Source: Candidatus Bathyarchaeota archaeon (GTDB taxonomy: Archaea; Thermoproteota; Bathyarchaeia; Bathyarchaeales; Bathycorpusculaceae). Taken from it: 64,000 nucleotides of DNA. The position numbers and the translations under genes were made by a program. The DNA lies in NCBI GenBank assembly GCA_963715865.1, contig OY970280.1, positions 480,001 to 544,000 of the forward strand. Reading direction: 5' to 3'. The number at the start of each line of letters is the position of its first letter. Position 1 is the first letter of the stretch. Below are positions 48,338 to 58,465 of this stretch, in pieces. The notes beneath the pieces are model-generated. The model ran no database searches, was not told the origin of the DNA, and saw only the letters and a program-made list of their open reading frames with translations.

Positions 48338-49869
48338 TCACGTAACTACATTGGTCATATTGTAACTGTAGACTGCAATTTTTCCACTATGATAGACTTC
48401 GTGAAATGACGGTGACACAGTTGGTTGCCCATACCATCCTTGTCCATTTACCCACCATAAAAGGTATATTTGTGTATGTCCTTCTTGAGCAGCTGTCATT
48501 GCCGCCTTCGCAGAGTCGTCAAATCCGTAGTTCCTGACCTGATTATTATTGAGCGTTAACAATGCCCAACTATAAAACACTGTATGCGTAAGCAAAAGCG
48601 CACTGCTATTCACGTTATCTTTGAACCATTGGAGAACGTTGACTGTGTCTTGACAGTCGGTAATTGAAATCGTATTCTGCAACATTGAAGATGGCATTTG
48701 GTATATGTATTTGTTGCATTGCTCTGGATTAAAGTACAAGAAGGGTTTTTCCGAAGTCATAAATATGAAGCCAAAACTTAGAATAGCTGTTGATAAAACG
48801 AGGTATAATACCGCAATTCTACGCACAGTAAACTTGAAACGTTTCCATTTAATTGACTTGAGCCTGCTTAGAGCGTCCGTCGCGTAAAATGCAAGCGGAT
48901 ACGTAAGCATTAATACCCAACGATAAGGGCTCACAGAAGCGATTGGAAGCAACAACAAAATCAAGCTCAAGAGAAGCCAAGACCTAAGTTGAAGATTTCC
49001 AAGTCGCCACAGACTTACCAGCACCAAGGGCAGTATAGGCAAGAAACAATACAAGAAGAAACCCCCTGCGCTTATCAACATAGATTGATAGGAAGTAAAG
49101 CCAGTCCAGCTAGCCAAGGGCGACCCAACATTCGTTGAGTAATTAAGAAAGCCAGACTGCGCCACACCACTTAAATAAACGATGACAAAATAAAGCGCCG
49201 CAGGCAAAGAAACCACAATCAGATCAATTGACCCAATAAAATCTTTACGGAACAAGTTATAGGCAACTGTAAAAACAATAACTCCAAACATAAGTACCGA
49301 TACAAGTTGATGAGATAACACCACGGTCATCATCGCTAAAGAAAGAACAACATAACGTTTCCACGAACTGTCCTTTCGGTTGATAAGCAGAACATAAGGA
49401 CAACAAAAAAGAAAACCAAACCAAGCTCTTCTCGAAGTTGATCCCAAGAAGCTCTTAAAGCCACAAAATAAACCGTCCCTAAAAGAGCAACAAACGTACT
49501 TTTAGATGGCGACCAGCCCAAGCCTCTCTTGGCATACGCAAATATTGATAGCCCTAAGAAACCGAGAAGCAACGGCGAAATTATCTTAAGCACTAAAACC
49601 GGTGATCCGCCAGCAGCAACTATTGACATGAAGATGGTGTAGAATAGCGGAGCAGTTTCAAGGTAGCCCCATAGGTTTATGCCACCATGTAGCCACAACA
49701 GAGTGTTTGGAACATAAAAGCCCATGGTATCGAAGCCGACGACGTAGGGTCCCATTAAAATCTCAGGTATAGCCCTCACAATTAACGGTACGACAAATGC
49801 CAGAAAGGGAAAAATAATATTCCGATTTCGGGTAATCCAACCTTTTACAGGATTACGAGCTTTAGTCAC
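48338..49869 (-). pseudogene. polytopic GT-C-like membrane protein with one frameshift
   Basis: VGFDTMGFY loop; frame changes near 49395 (VVLM to LLINRKD). Confidence 0.7.
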
Positions 49870-50023
49870 TTTTTATTCTCCAACGTTACGAGCAAATTAT
49901 AGATTTATTAAACTGTTGATTGCCATCCTAAATGCCTTGCGCTTGTAAAAAGATAGATATGGAAAAATTCCAGAATTATAAAGATAGGAATTCACTGACT
50001 GCTCAATCTACGATAACCATGCG

Positions 50024-51438
50024 TTATGGATTATTCTGTATAGCGTACAGTGCGGCATCTAAGATTAAACCATTCGTATTACTGCCAACCTGATGAAACC
50101 AAATTCCCACTATTATCGCACCGTCAGAGTAACCATTTGTAGGGTCAGGAAGACTTTGCTCAAGATAAACAACCATATTGCGGGCAAACGTCGTGTTGTA
50201 AAGAGCCAAGAAACTAAATGCCACCTTATTATAAACAACAGGATTCATATCCAAATATGAACTGCTCCCAGATTGAGTTATTTTCCATGTATCGCCGCTG
50301 CCTGTAGTCACCCACTCCCATACGAAACCGTTTGGACTATTTCCTTCGCTAAAAGCTACATATTGTCCTGTCGCATTATAATAGGCTTCATGAGCCAAAT
50401 AAACTTGCTTCGACAAAGCCAGCAACCTAGAATCATTATTATTAAGCTCAAAAACAGAACAAAGCAACGGGTCACCAGTAATCGCAGCATTAGGCAATGA
50501 AACATTACCATAAGGTGTGTAACATTTCCAGAATTAACAATGTTACTCAATATTGTACTAGGAACATTTGCAAGTTGTTGGGCCAAAAACTTGCAAAACC
50601 GCTATCAAAATAGTAAGCATAAATACTATTCGAACTCAGCACCATTGGCGATGCTAGGCACTAAAGCAGTATAGTTAGATCTCCCATAAAGCTGCCCATT
50701 AAGAGCTATGTTATTTATACGCGGCGCCAAACTACTATTGAAAGCTCTAAGATTGTTAAGAGCAACAAACAATCTCCCAGTATCAACAACATCAACAGTG
50801 TCCGTTGACAAATCTGATAGTGCATGATAGTCTAATCCAGTTGTCGCATCGTAGAACCAGAACGGATAACCAGTAGTAGCATTAACCTCGCGGGTTTCTA
50901 GAAACCTAACAACCTTCTCCAAACGTGCACTAGAACCCCAAGCGCCGTCATTGCCTATCAAACCTGTTTTATTTGCATCAATGACAGCTTGAATATAAAC
51001 ACCTAAATCCCAATCAGTAAAATAGTGAAAACCTGTAGCACCTCCGGCGTAAGGAAGCCCAGTATTAGAATCCACGCCCACACCAGGTTGAAAATATTGC
51101 CAAGCATTCGCCGCCACCTGCATCCAGACAGTACTATTGATGGTTTGAGCCGACTCTATTAAGCCGGGAGGCGTGCTATTGTTCAGTTTTGGCAAAATTG
51201 CAAAAATAGAAACTAACATAACAGTTATAATCGCGAACACTATCAGACACTTCGCCTTTTTGCTAAATCGCCACCGATTCTGCCTGAAAAAGCCTTTTTT
51301 ACGCTCAGCCTCAAGAGAAGCCTCTAAAGCAACAAGCCTAAGGCATAGAAGAGAGCGAATTTTTTTGTAATTAACCAACCTTTGCGTCACCGTGACAGGA
51401 TTGTTTCGTTTTAAGTAAGTGGTAATTCCTCTCTCCAT
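50024..51438 (-). pseudogene. membrane-anchored DUF3131/glycoamylase-like protein, frameshifted
   Basis: AWQYF...TGLPY...TDWDLGVYIQAVIDA; shifts near 50640, 50580, 50520. Confidence 0.65.
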
Positions 51439-51574
51439 AGAGAGCCAACCACCCTATCGGTGGGAACAATGAATGAATATGCGAAAGTTTAATTTAAAAT
51501 TATGTTAAAAGAAATCCAATCCTATTGAATTATTTTTTAATGTACTTAATCAATTTTTATGCATGTAAAGCAGG

Positions 51575-52807
51575 CTAGTTAGCCAAGTTTGAAGTTATGA
51601 ATCCCTTTTTAACTGTTTTACTCCAAACCCTTTTTCGTCTAAATATTAATTTTAGAAATGCCCAGCCAGCAATAAACATCTGAATAAGCCAATAAAGGTA
51701 AATTGAAGGTACCCAGAGAAGGTTTCGAAGTTTAATAGGCTTTTCAGATGCAGTTAACGCAATGCCGATTGAAAATAAAGAAACAGCCGTTAAAGCTATT
51801 ACTAGCCCTGTGAAGTCTAATATGGGGTTGCTTTGGGAGAGGAATAACGTGACAAAGAACCAGTTCAAATAGCTGAGCAATGATACAACCATCATAAATG
51901 GTCCAACAAGAGAGATTTCTGCATCCACAGTTTTTCTATTAAGGCTATCAAGAAGACGCCCATATTTTAGAGCCGTCTCCATGTACCCCCTATACCAACG
52001 GACCCGTTGCTTGACTAGGTCTCCTAAACCGTTCGGTGTTTCCTGTCCTGAGCAAACGTCAGGAGCATATTTTATCAGATGATTTTTTTCAACGAGCCGT
52101 AGTGCTAATTCCACATCTTCTGTAAGGGAAGTTTCATCCCAACCGCCTAACTCTTCTAGCACGTTGCGCCTTATGAACTGGCAAGTTCCATTTAATGGAA
52201 CGAATAATTGGAGCTTTTCTCTTCCGCTAAGTAAAGCTTGGAACCAAGCTTTCTCTTCCATCGCGATAACCCTTGTTAAAACGTTCGTTTTCTCATTTAG
52301 CGAAGTAGTTCTGCCTTGCACAGCCATTAATTGTTTATCGTTAAGGTATGATGCAACTTTTCTTAGCACTTCCTTTTCAGGAACACTATCAGCATCGAAA
52401 ACTCCCACGATTTCTCCCGTTACGTAAGGCAGGGCAAGGTTGAGAGCCGCTGGCTTGCCTTTGGATTCTTTTTCATTAATAACCTTGAAAATCTGAGGGT
52501 ATTTCGCTGAAAATTCCGAGCATATTTTGCATGTGGAGTCAGTTGAATTTCCATCTACGACTATTATTTCCATTTTATCCTTTGGATAATCTACATTTAG
52601 GAGACCGTTTAAACAGCGACCAATAACTGCTTCTTCGTCCTTAGTTGGCACTATAATTGAAAACTTTGGAAATTCCTCGTTTTTACCATCATTTAGAGAA
52701 CGCTTATGTTTACTTCTTATACCGACGTATATAATTGAGCCATTGTACACTGCCCAAAAGAGCAAAACTGCAAGCAGAAAAATTGAAAAGATATCAAAAA
52801 TTATCAT
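51575..52807 (-). CDS. processive GT2 (cellulose synthase/IcaA-like)
   Basis: KDEE, FDAD, TED and QRVRW motifs with flanking membrane helices. Confidence 0.9.
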   Translation of the reverse strand: MIIFDIFSIFLLAVLLFWAVYNGSIIYVGIRSKHKRSLNDGKNEEFPKFSIIVPTKDEEAVIGRCLNGLLNVDYPKDKMEIIVVDGNSTDSTCKICSEFSAKYPQIFKVINEKESKGKPAALNLALPYVTGEIVGVFDADSVPEKEVLRKVASYLNDKQLMAVQGRTTSLNEKTNVLTRVIAMEEKAWFQALLSGREKLQLFVPLNGTCQFIRRNVLEELGGWDETSLTEDVELALRLVEKNHLIKYAPDVCSGQETPNGLGDLVKQRVRWYRGYMETALKYGRLLDSLNRKTVDAEISLVGPFMMVVSLLSYLNWFFVTLFLSQSNPILDFTGLVIALTAVSLFSIGIALTASEKPIKLRNLLWVPSIYLYWLIQMFIAGWAFLKLIFRRKRVWSKTVKKGFITSNLAN

Positions 52808-53182
52808 TCATGTTCCAGCTCAATTAACCTTCTACTAGATATTAAGAGTATGTTTTTGAGTAATTGGGCTGCTATATTTATCTCTGACAAGGCTCTGAAC
52901 CACGCGCCAACACTAATAGCTTTAAACTTTACCACTATATTTTTACTGAGAGGAAACGGAAGCATTTTTCACTACAGCTCGAATATTTGTTTTTAACCTT
53001 TTAAGTTTTGTTCATCTGTTACTAATTTATAGTTATTAAGCTATAGTTTAGAACCCAAGCAATAAAAAAGTATCTGAATAAACCCTATTTGCCTAACATT
53101 ACTCAACCAAGCGTTTACCAAGAAAATCCAATAAACTGCTGGCTTACTCACGAAACAAACAAATTTAGCTACTTAGCAATAA

Positions 53183-54145
53183 TTGCTAACGCTCGTGAGA
53201 AAACTTAAAAGGGGTCAAACACATTTTTTTCTAATAGGAAAAGGCATGCATAAGTTTTTTTTATTGTTTTTATTATTCTCAAGTTTATTTTTAACGGCAG
53301 GTATTTCTGCAATAAGTCAAGTGCAAGGGCAGAATCAAAACAATTATTCTTTGCAGATTCAGGGGCTTGCTTGGAACCGAACAACACTAAACGTTCTTCT
53401 CGTCACCCCAAATAACGTTTCATGGTGGAACCCCATCTATGTGAATTCGACGTTGCGAGCCATAGGCCAATGGAATGACGCGATTCGTTATTTTGCATCT
53501 AATTACTCCAACTTTGGATACCTTTCAAGCTTGAAATTTGAGCCGGCAGTTACGAATGAAACAAAAACAGGTTTTGATATCTGCCTTAATTGGACGGAGA
53601 CTACGCTAGACAATACCGCCGATGAAGTAGGGCTAACATCAACAACTGACCTCGTCAACGCCATAATAAACTGTACCATTAATCTTGCTGCACATACAAG
53701 CCATGGTGATGCTTTAAGCGATGGTGACATGCAAAATATTGCTCTTCACGAGTTGGGGCATAGTTTAGGTTTAGGGCATAGCAATTACACTGGCGATGTA
53801 ATGTATCCAGCGTATACTTTGCTAGGTTCTGCTGAATCAATCTCTACGCTTGATGTTTATGGAGTAGCCACTGTCTTTGCATGGATGTTAAATCCACCCA
53901 AGTTTTATCCAGTTAACGAGTGGCTGCAAAGTAATTCCGTGATTTTACCGTCAAATCAATATGAATATTTACCAGTGTCTCCTCAAAACGCTCGCCCCCA
54001 AACGCTCGCCAATAATCCTATTGTTCAAACTTTGATTTTAATGTTCGAGATTCTTATCCATCCTGAAATCCTAGCTATCGTGTTATTGTTTATCATAGTC
54101 CTGATTATTATCGCCTTAATTCCAAGCAAAAAGAAAAAGACCTAA
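53183..54145 (+). CDS. membrane-anchored matrixin-like zinc metalloprotease
   Basis: HELGHSLGLGH, Met-turn VMYP, N- and C-terminal hydrophobic segments. Confidence 0.85.
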   Translation: MLTLVRKLKRGQTHFFLIGKGMHKFFLLFLLFSSLFLTAGISAISQVQGQNQNNYSLQIQGLAWNRTTLNVLLVTPNNVSWWNPIYVNSTLRAIGQWNDAIRYFASNYSNFGYLSSLKFEPAVTNETKTGFDICLNWTETTLDNTADEVGLTSTTDLVNAIINCTINLAAHTSHGDALSDGDMQNIALHELGHSLGLGHSNYTGDVMYPAYTLLGSAESISTLDVYGVATVFAWMLNPPKFYPVNEWLQSNSVILPSNQYEYLPVSPQNARPQTLANNPIVQTLILMFEILIHPEILAIVLLFIIVLIIIALIPSKKKKT

Positions 54146-54756
54146 GGCTGCTTCATAAATTCGATAAAATCTTCAAGGCTTCTCGGCTGCAACGTATAGT
54201 TTGACTTTTTTTCTTCGCCAATAGTTGATGAAGGCTTCGGTCCATAGTCATGTCCGGGGTAAACTTCCACGTCATCGTTTAGTTTTAAGAGCTTAATGAA
54301 TAAGCTATCGTACATGCTTTTGGAGTTGCCGCCTGGCATGTCTGTTCTTCCGCATTCGCCAACAAATAAGGTGTCACCTGTCAACAGTTTCTTGTTATCA
54401 ACTAGCAGGCAGATACTGTCCATGGTGTGTCCTGGCGTATAAATTATCTTTATTGAGACTTTGCCAACAGTCAATACGTCGCCATCTTCAACTGCAATAT
54501 CAAAGTTAACTTTTGATAGTTTATAAGCAATTATTTTCGCTCCAAAAATAGAACCCAACTCAATGTTGCCAGCCGTATGGTCGGAGTGCCCGTGTGTATT
54601 TATGATAAATTTTAGATTCAGGTTTTTAGCTTTAAGGATATGAATTATTTCGCTTGCGTTAAAGCTTGAGTCAACAACGGCTGCTTCTTTAGTATTTTCG
54701 TCTGCTATGATGTACGAAAAGTTATCGCCATGCTGTTGGATTTGCTTAAAAAACAC
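54142..54756 (-). CDS. MBL-fold hydrolase (glyoxalase II/ETHE1-like)
   Basis: THGHSDH, TPGHT, TGDTLF, PGHDY. Confidence 0.9.
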   Translation of the reverse strand: MFFKQIQQHGDNFSYIIADENTKEAAVVDSSFNASEIIHILKAKNLNLKFIINTHGHSDHTAGNIELGSIFGAKIIAYKLSKVNFDIAVEDGDVLTVGKVSIKIIYTPGHTMDSICLLVDNKKLLTGDTLFVGECGRTDMPGGNSKSMYDSLFIKLLKLNDDVEVYPGHDYGPKPSSTIGEEKKSNYTLQPRSLEDFIEFMKQP

Positions 54757-54847
54757 AAGTTTTACCCATTTTGTTCTTTTCTTCTTTGTCTACTTGCGTT
54801 TTTCTCGCCAAGCGCTCATCCAAGTAGTATTGAAACTTTTCTATCAT
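54746..54847 (-). pseudogene. truncated probable HEPN partner gene
   Basis: ATGA overlap with the MNT stop; MIEKFQYYLDERLARKTQVDKEE, then unrelated sequence and stop. Confidence 0.5.
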
Positions 54848-55371
54848 TGCAACACCTTCAAGAATCCGGAAACAACGGTTCCGTTTGCCAAGTTGTTTAA
54901 AAATTCCTTTTCAGCGTTACCTATTTGGATTTCGTATATGCTGATTTTCCTTTTTAAGTATTTTTCGAATTCCTTAAGGTTCAATTGAGCCTCCTTTTTT
55001 GTCACAACTGCAATATCTATGTCGCTTTGTGAAATGTCTTCACCTTTTGAATAGCTGCCAAAGACCACTATTGCTTCGGGTTCTTCATACTCGTCTCTTA
55101 GAAACTTTATTAATCCAGACTCAAAGAGAGAAAGGTTGTTGTAAGCTTTCTTAAGGATGAAGAACTTTTCGTTTCTCGAAGCCTTTACGTTTATTACCAC
55201 GTTTTTCTTTTCGGATACCAGCAGAGTTTTTTCTTTAAGTTTTTTAAGTATCTTAAGAACCCCAGGCGCAGATAAACCGGTTTGCCTAGCGATTTCTCGC
55301 ACATGGAATTTCTTGTCTGGGTTGTCGAAAAACAACTTCATAACTTTGTAATTGTTATCTTTAGTTAACAT
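54844..55371 (-). CDS. HTH + minimal nucleotidyltransferase (MNT) protein
   Basis: REIARQTGLSAPGV HTH; VFGSYSKGED...SDIDIAV. Confidence 0.88.
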   Translation of the reverse strand: MLTKDNNYKVMKLFFDNPDKKFHVREIARQTGLSAPGVLKILKKLKEKTLLVSEKKNVVINVKASRNEKFFILKKAYNNLSLFESGLIKFLRDEYEEPEAIVVFGSYSKGEDISQSDIDIAVVTKKEAQLNLKEFEKYLKRKISIYEIQIGNAEKEFLNNLANGTVVSGFLKVLQ

Positions 55372-55410
55372 CTGTAAATAATGGTTAACAACTGTTATTT
55401 AAAGTTAACA
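55364..55410. promoter_or_regulatory. three GTTAACA boxes at exact 20 bp spacing
   Basis: GTTAACA at 55364, 55384, 55404, spanning the start and promoter of the MNT gene. Confidence 0.6.
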
Positions 55411-55475
55411 AGATTTTTTCCTATGACGAGGTAGTGGACTAAATACACACCTTTTTGGTTATGGCTAAAATAATC

Positions 55476-56219
55476 TTACGCTAAGAGACTTAAAAGTAAA
55501 TTTACATCTGAAGGAGGATAACCTGAGTAATACTTGCCGAAATAGCCGAAAACCTCCATTTGCTTGCTTACGAAAGGCTTTATTTTGTCCGCCCATAACT
55601 TTAGGTCTCCTCCTCTATCAGCTTCTATCTTGCCCAAGGTGCCTTTGACTTTTCTTCGGTCTCCTTCCCACCTAACGTAAATAAAATCAGAGGTTACCTC
55701 GTCGATTTGCGGCATTTGAGAGCTATCCACCCATGCCAAAACAACATTGTATTCCTTGAGAAGCGAATAAAAATCGTTGTTCAGTAACTTTTTAGTTCTA
55801 ACTTCCACCACATAACGGTGCTCCCTCGGCAAGTCCCTGAGAAAAACCTTCAAAAGAGGAAGAACCCCGTTTCCAAAAGCAGGCGGAAACTGAAGCAGCA
55901 GGCAACCGAGCTTCTCCTTTAACAACGCAACCTTGCCGAGAAAAGCGTTTGTTTCATCTTGGCAGTCTCTTAACATTTTAATGTGAGTTATAACTTGCGG
56001 AAACTTTAACGAGAACAAGAAGCCATTGGGCGTTTGCTTTTTCCAGTTGGTTATGGTTTGCTGGTTTGGGATTCGATAAAATGTGTTATCAACCTCAACC
56101 GTATTGAACTTTGTTGAGTAGTAAGCCAAAAAATCTTTAGAAGCAGTTTTATCTGGGTAAAAGTTTCCTTTCCAGAAATTGTAGCTCCAGCCTATCGTGC
56201 CAACATGAAGGTTATGCAT
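55476..56219 (-). CDS. DUF72 family protein
   Basis: GTIGWSY..WKGNFYP, TVEVDNTFYRIP, FSLKFPQVITH, LLQFPP. Confidence 0.9.
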   Translation of the reverse strand: MHNLHVGTIGWSYNFWKGNFYPDKTASKDFLAYYSTKFNTVEVDNTFYRIPNQQTITNWKKQTPNGFLFSLKFPQVITHIKMLRDCQDETNAFLGKVALLKEKLGCLLLQFPPAFGNGVLPLLKVFLRDLPREHRYVVEVRTKKLLNNDFYSLLKEYNVVLAWVDSSQMPQIDEVTSDFIYVRWEGDRRKVKGTLGKIEADRGGDLKLWADKIKPFVSKQMEVFGYFGKYYSGYPPSDVNLLLSLLA

Positions 56220-56220
56220 T

Positions 56221-57645
56221 TTATTCTTTCCCTTTTAGCAGTAGCCAATCCTTATCTCCAGCCTTCTTCAAACGCACCAGAATATAGCGTCCTTTGAGCC
56301 TTTGACCGTTAAGCGCGAACTCGATTTTGTTTTCATCCCAAACTTTAGCTTCATAATGTCCTTTATCCCAGATTTTAACTGTTCCAGCGCCATATTGCCC
56401 CTCAGGGATTGAACCTTCAAAATTAGCGTACTCGATAGGGTGATCCTCCGTTTCCACCGCCAAACGCCGCTGGCGAGTGCTTTCAGGCATTCCTTTCGGA
56501 ACAGCCCAACTTTTCAAAACACCACCATTTTCTAGTCTTAGGTCATAGTGAAGTCTTCTTGCATGGTGTTCTTGGATTACAAAAATTAAGTTGCCGCCCT
56601 TTTTCTCTCCACCCGTAGGTTCGGTGGTAACTTCAAAATTGCGTTTTGAGGCGTATTCTGAAAGTTTATCCTCAACATCTGTAACCTGTCTTTTACCTTC
56701 GATTATTTGGTCAAGAGTGCATTCAGCGGGCGATTTATCGTCTCTTAAACGTTGGAAACGTGCCATTCTCAGTTTGATATCACGTGTTACTACTTGATAA
56801 ATGACTTCGCAAACCAGCTTAGGCTCAAGCCAAGTTACCACGTCACCGACTTCTGGCTTAAAGAGAGCAACATCTGTTTTTAACTTTTCAAATTTATCAG
56901 TTAAAATTCCAAGCATCTCTTGTGAAAAACCCGTTCCAACCTTGCCAACATAAACAGGTTTACCATCTTTATCATAAAGCCCCAAAAGTAATGCCCCGAA
57001 AGTTTTTTCTCTAGAATCTGCCCCTTTTGTGTAACCAAAAATTACGCAGTCACAAGTCCGAAGTTTTTTAATTTTCAACCAATTCCCAGTCCGTAAACCT
57101 TCTTCATAATAACTATCCTTCTTCTTCGCCATTACCCCCTCTAAGCCTTTATCCAAAGCCAGTTGGTAATAGGCTTCGCCCTTCTCTTCTATAAAATCAG
57201 ATAACAAAACATTATTGCCTTCTTTTAATGAATCCTTCAAAATTTTTTTCCTCTTCATCAACGACAACTTAGTAAGCGGGTTCCCATCCTTCTCTAAAAC
57301 ATCAAAAACAACATAGATTGCTGGTGCTCGCCGAGCCTGCCTTTGAATTTCATTTGGCGAGACAGCTTGACCCCGCTCAAGCAAAGCTTGAAAGTCAGGT
57401 TTACCTTCGCGCATAACGACGATTTCGCCATCAAACACTACATTGCTGCTTAACCTGTTTAGTTCCTCTAACTCGGGAAAATTATGCTTGAGCTCTTTTC
57501 CGTTTCGGCTCTTTAAACTGTACGGTTCCTCTACGTAGGCGATTGCTCTAAAGCCGTCCCATTTTATCTCAAAAATCCAGTCCTTATCGGAAAAAGGTTT
57601 AGGGGCAACCCTTGCAAGCATAGGCCTGTAAATGTGGCGGCTCAT
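56221..57645 (-). CDS. ligD: NHEJ ATP-dependent ligase fused to a C-terminal 3'-phosphoesterase domain
   Basis: EIKWDG, FDGE, EGVMAK, WLKIK; PE domain QEHHARRLHYDLRLE, EDHPIEY, GAGTV. Confidence 0.94.
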   Translation of the reverse strand: MSRHIYRPMLARVAPKPFSDKDWIFEIKWDGFRAIAYVEEPYSLKSRNGKELKHNFPELEELNRLSSNVVFDGEIVVMREGKPDFQALLERGQAVSPNEIQRQARRAPAIYVVFDVLEKDGNPLTKLSLMKRKKILKDSLKEGNNVLLSDFIEEKGEAYYQLALDKGLEGVMAKKKDSYYEEGLRTGNWLKIKKLRTCDCVIFGYTKGADSREKTFGALLLGLYDKDGKPVYVGKVGTGFSQEMLGILTDKFEKLKTDVALFKPEVGDVVTWLEPKLVCEVIYQVVTRDIKLRMARFQRLRDDKSPAECTLDQIIEGKRQVTDVEDKLSEYASKRNFEVTTEPTGGEKKGGNLIFVIQEHHARRLHYDLRLENGGVLKSWAVPKGMPESTRQRRLAVETEDHPIEYANFEGSIPEGQYGAGTVKIWDKGHYEAKVWDENKIEFALNGQRLKGRYILVRLKKAGDKDWLLLKGKE

Positions 57646-58463
57646 TGCTGCTTTTCCAACTGTTTGAGGGTTTCTCGCAGGGCAACCATGAGACTTTTAG
57701 CTTCAACTTCTGGAGGCTTCTCAACGCGGATTTTTTCGCCTTTTAGCTTCTGTTCTATGATTTCTTCAACTTTTTTCTTGTAGCTATCCTCAAATTCGGT
57801 AATATCAAACTCGCCTGAAAGGTCAGTGACAATTTTTATAGCCAGATCTAACTCCGTTTTGCTTGGCTCCTTCAGCTTCTTTAGGTCTTCAAAATACTGA
57901 GGATTCACAACATCGTAGGCATAACGTAATATTGTTAAAACGAGTGCGCCTCTATACGCGTGCAATAAGGCAGGATATTCTTTAGTACGTAAAGTTATTC
58001 GTCCAGCACCAGCTTTGTTCTTTCTCTCAAGCGCCGTTAACAATAAACTGTAGGCTTCTTTGCTTTTATCAGGCATCAAAGCGTAGGTTTTATCAAAATA
58101 AATAGGGTCAACGGAGAAATAATCAACAAACTTGCTGATTCGGATTTGCCTGTCGGATTCTGGTTTGATTGCATCAAGTTCTTTCTTGTCAAACGTGACA
58201 TACTCGTTTTTAGCAACCTCATAACCTCTCACGACCTCGTCCCAAGGCACAATCTTGTCATCTTTAGTGCACACTTTCACGTATTTTAACGGTTGACCGT
58301 CAACCTTATGCAGAAAGCGAAATGATACTCCTTTGTCGTAAATCATAGGGTATAGTTTAACAGGAAGGTTAACTAAGCCTATAGTGACGCTTCCCGACCA
58401 AATTGGTCTCCTAGGGACGCTAGCACTTACGCGTTCTTCTTTCTCTAAATTTTCTTGAGCCAT
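57642..58463 (-). CDS. ku: Ku protein (core only)
   Basis: IWSGSVTIGLVNLPVKLY, RGYEV, DPIYFDKTY; no basic C-terminal tail. Confidence 0.95.
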   Translation of the reverse strand: MAQENLEKEERVSASVPRRPIWSGSVTIGLVNLPVKLYPMIYDKGVSFRFLHKVDGQPLKYVKVCTKDDKIVPWDEVVRGYEVAKNEYVTFDKKELDAIKPESDRQIRISKFVDYFSVDPIYFDKTYALMPDKSKEAYSLLLTALERKNKAGAGRITLRTKEYPALLHAYRGALVLTILRYAYDVVNPQYFEDLKKLKEPSKTELDLAIKIVTDLSGEFDITEFEDSYKKKVEEIIEQKLKGEKIRVEKPPEVEAKSLMVALRETLKQLEKQQ

Positions 58464-58465
58464 GA

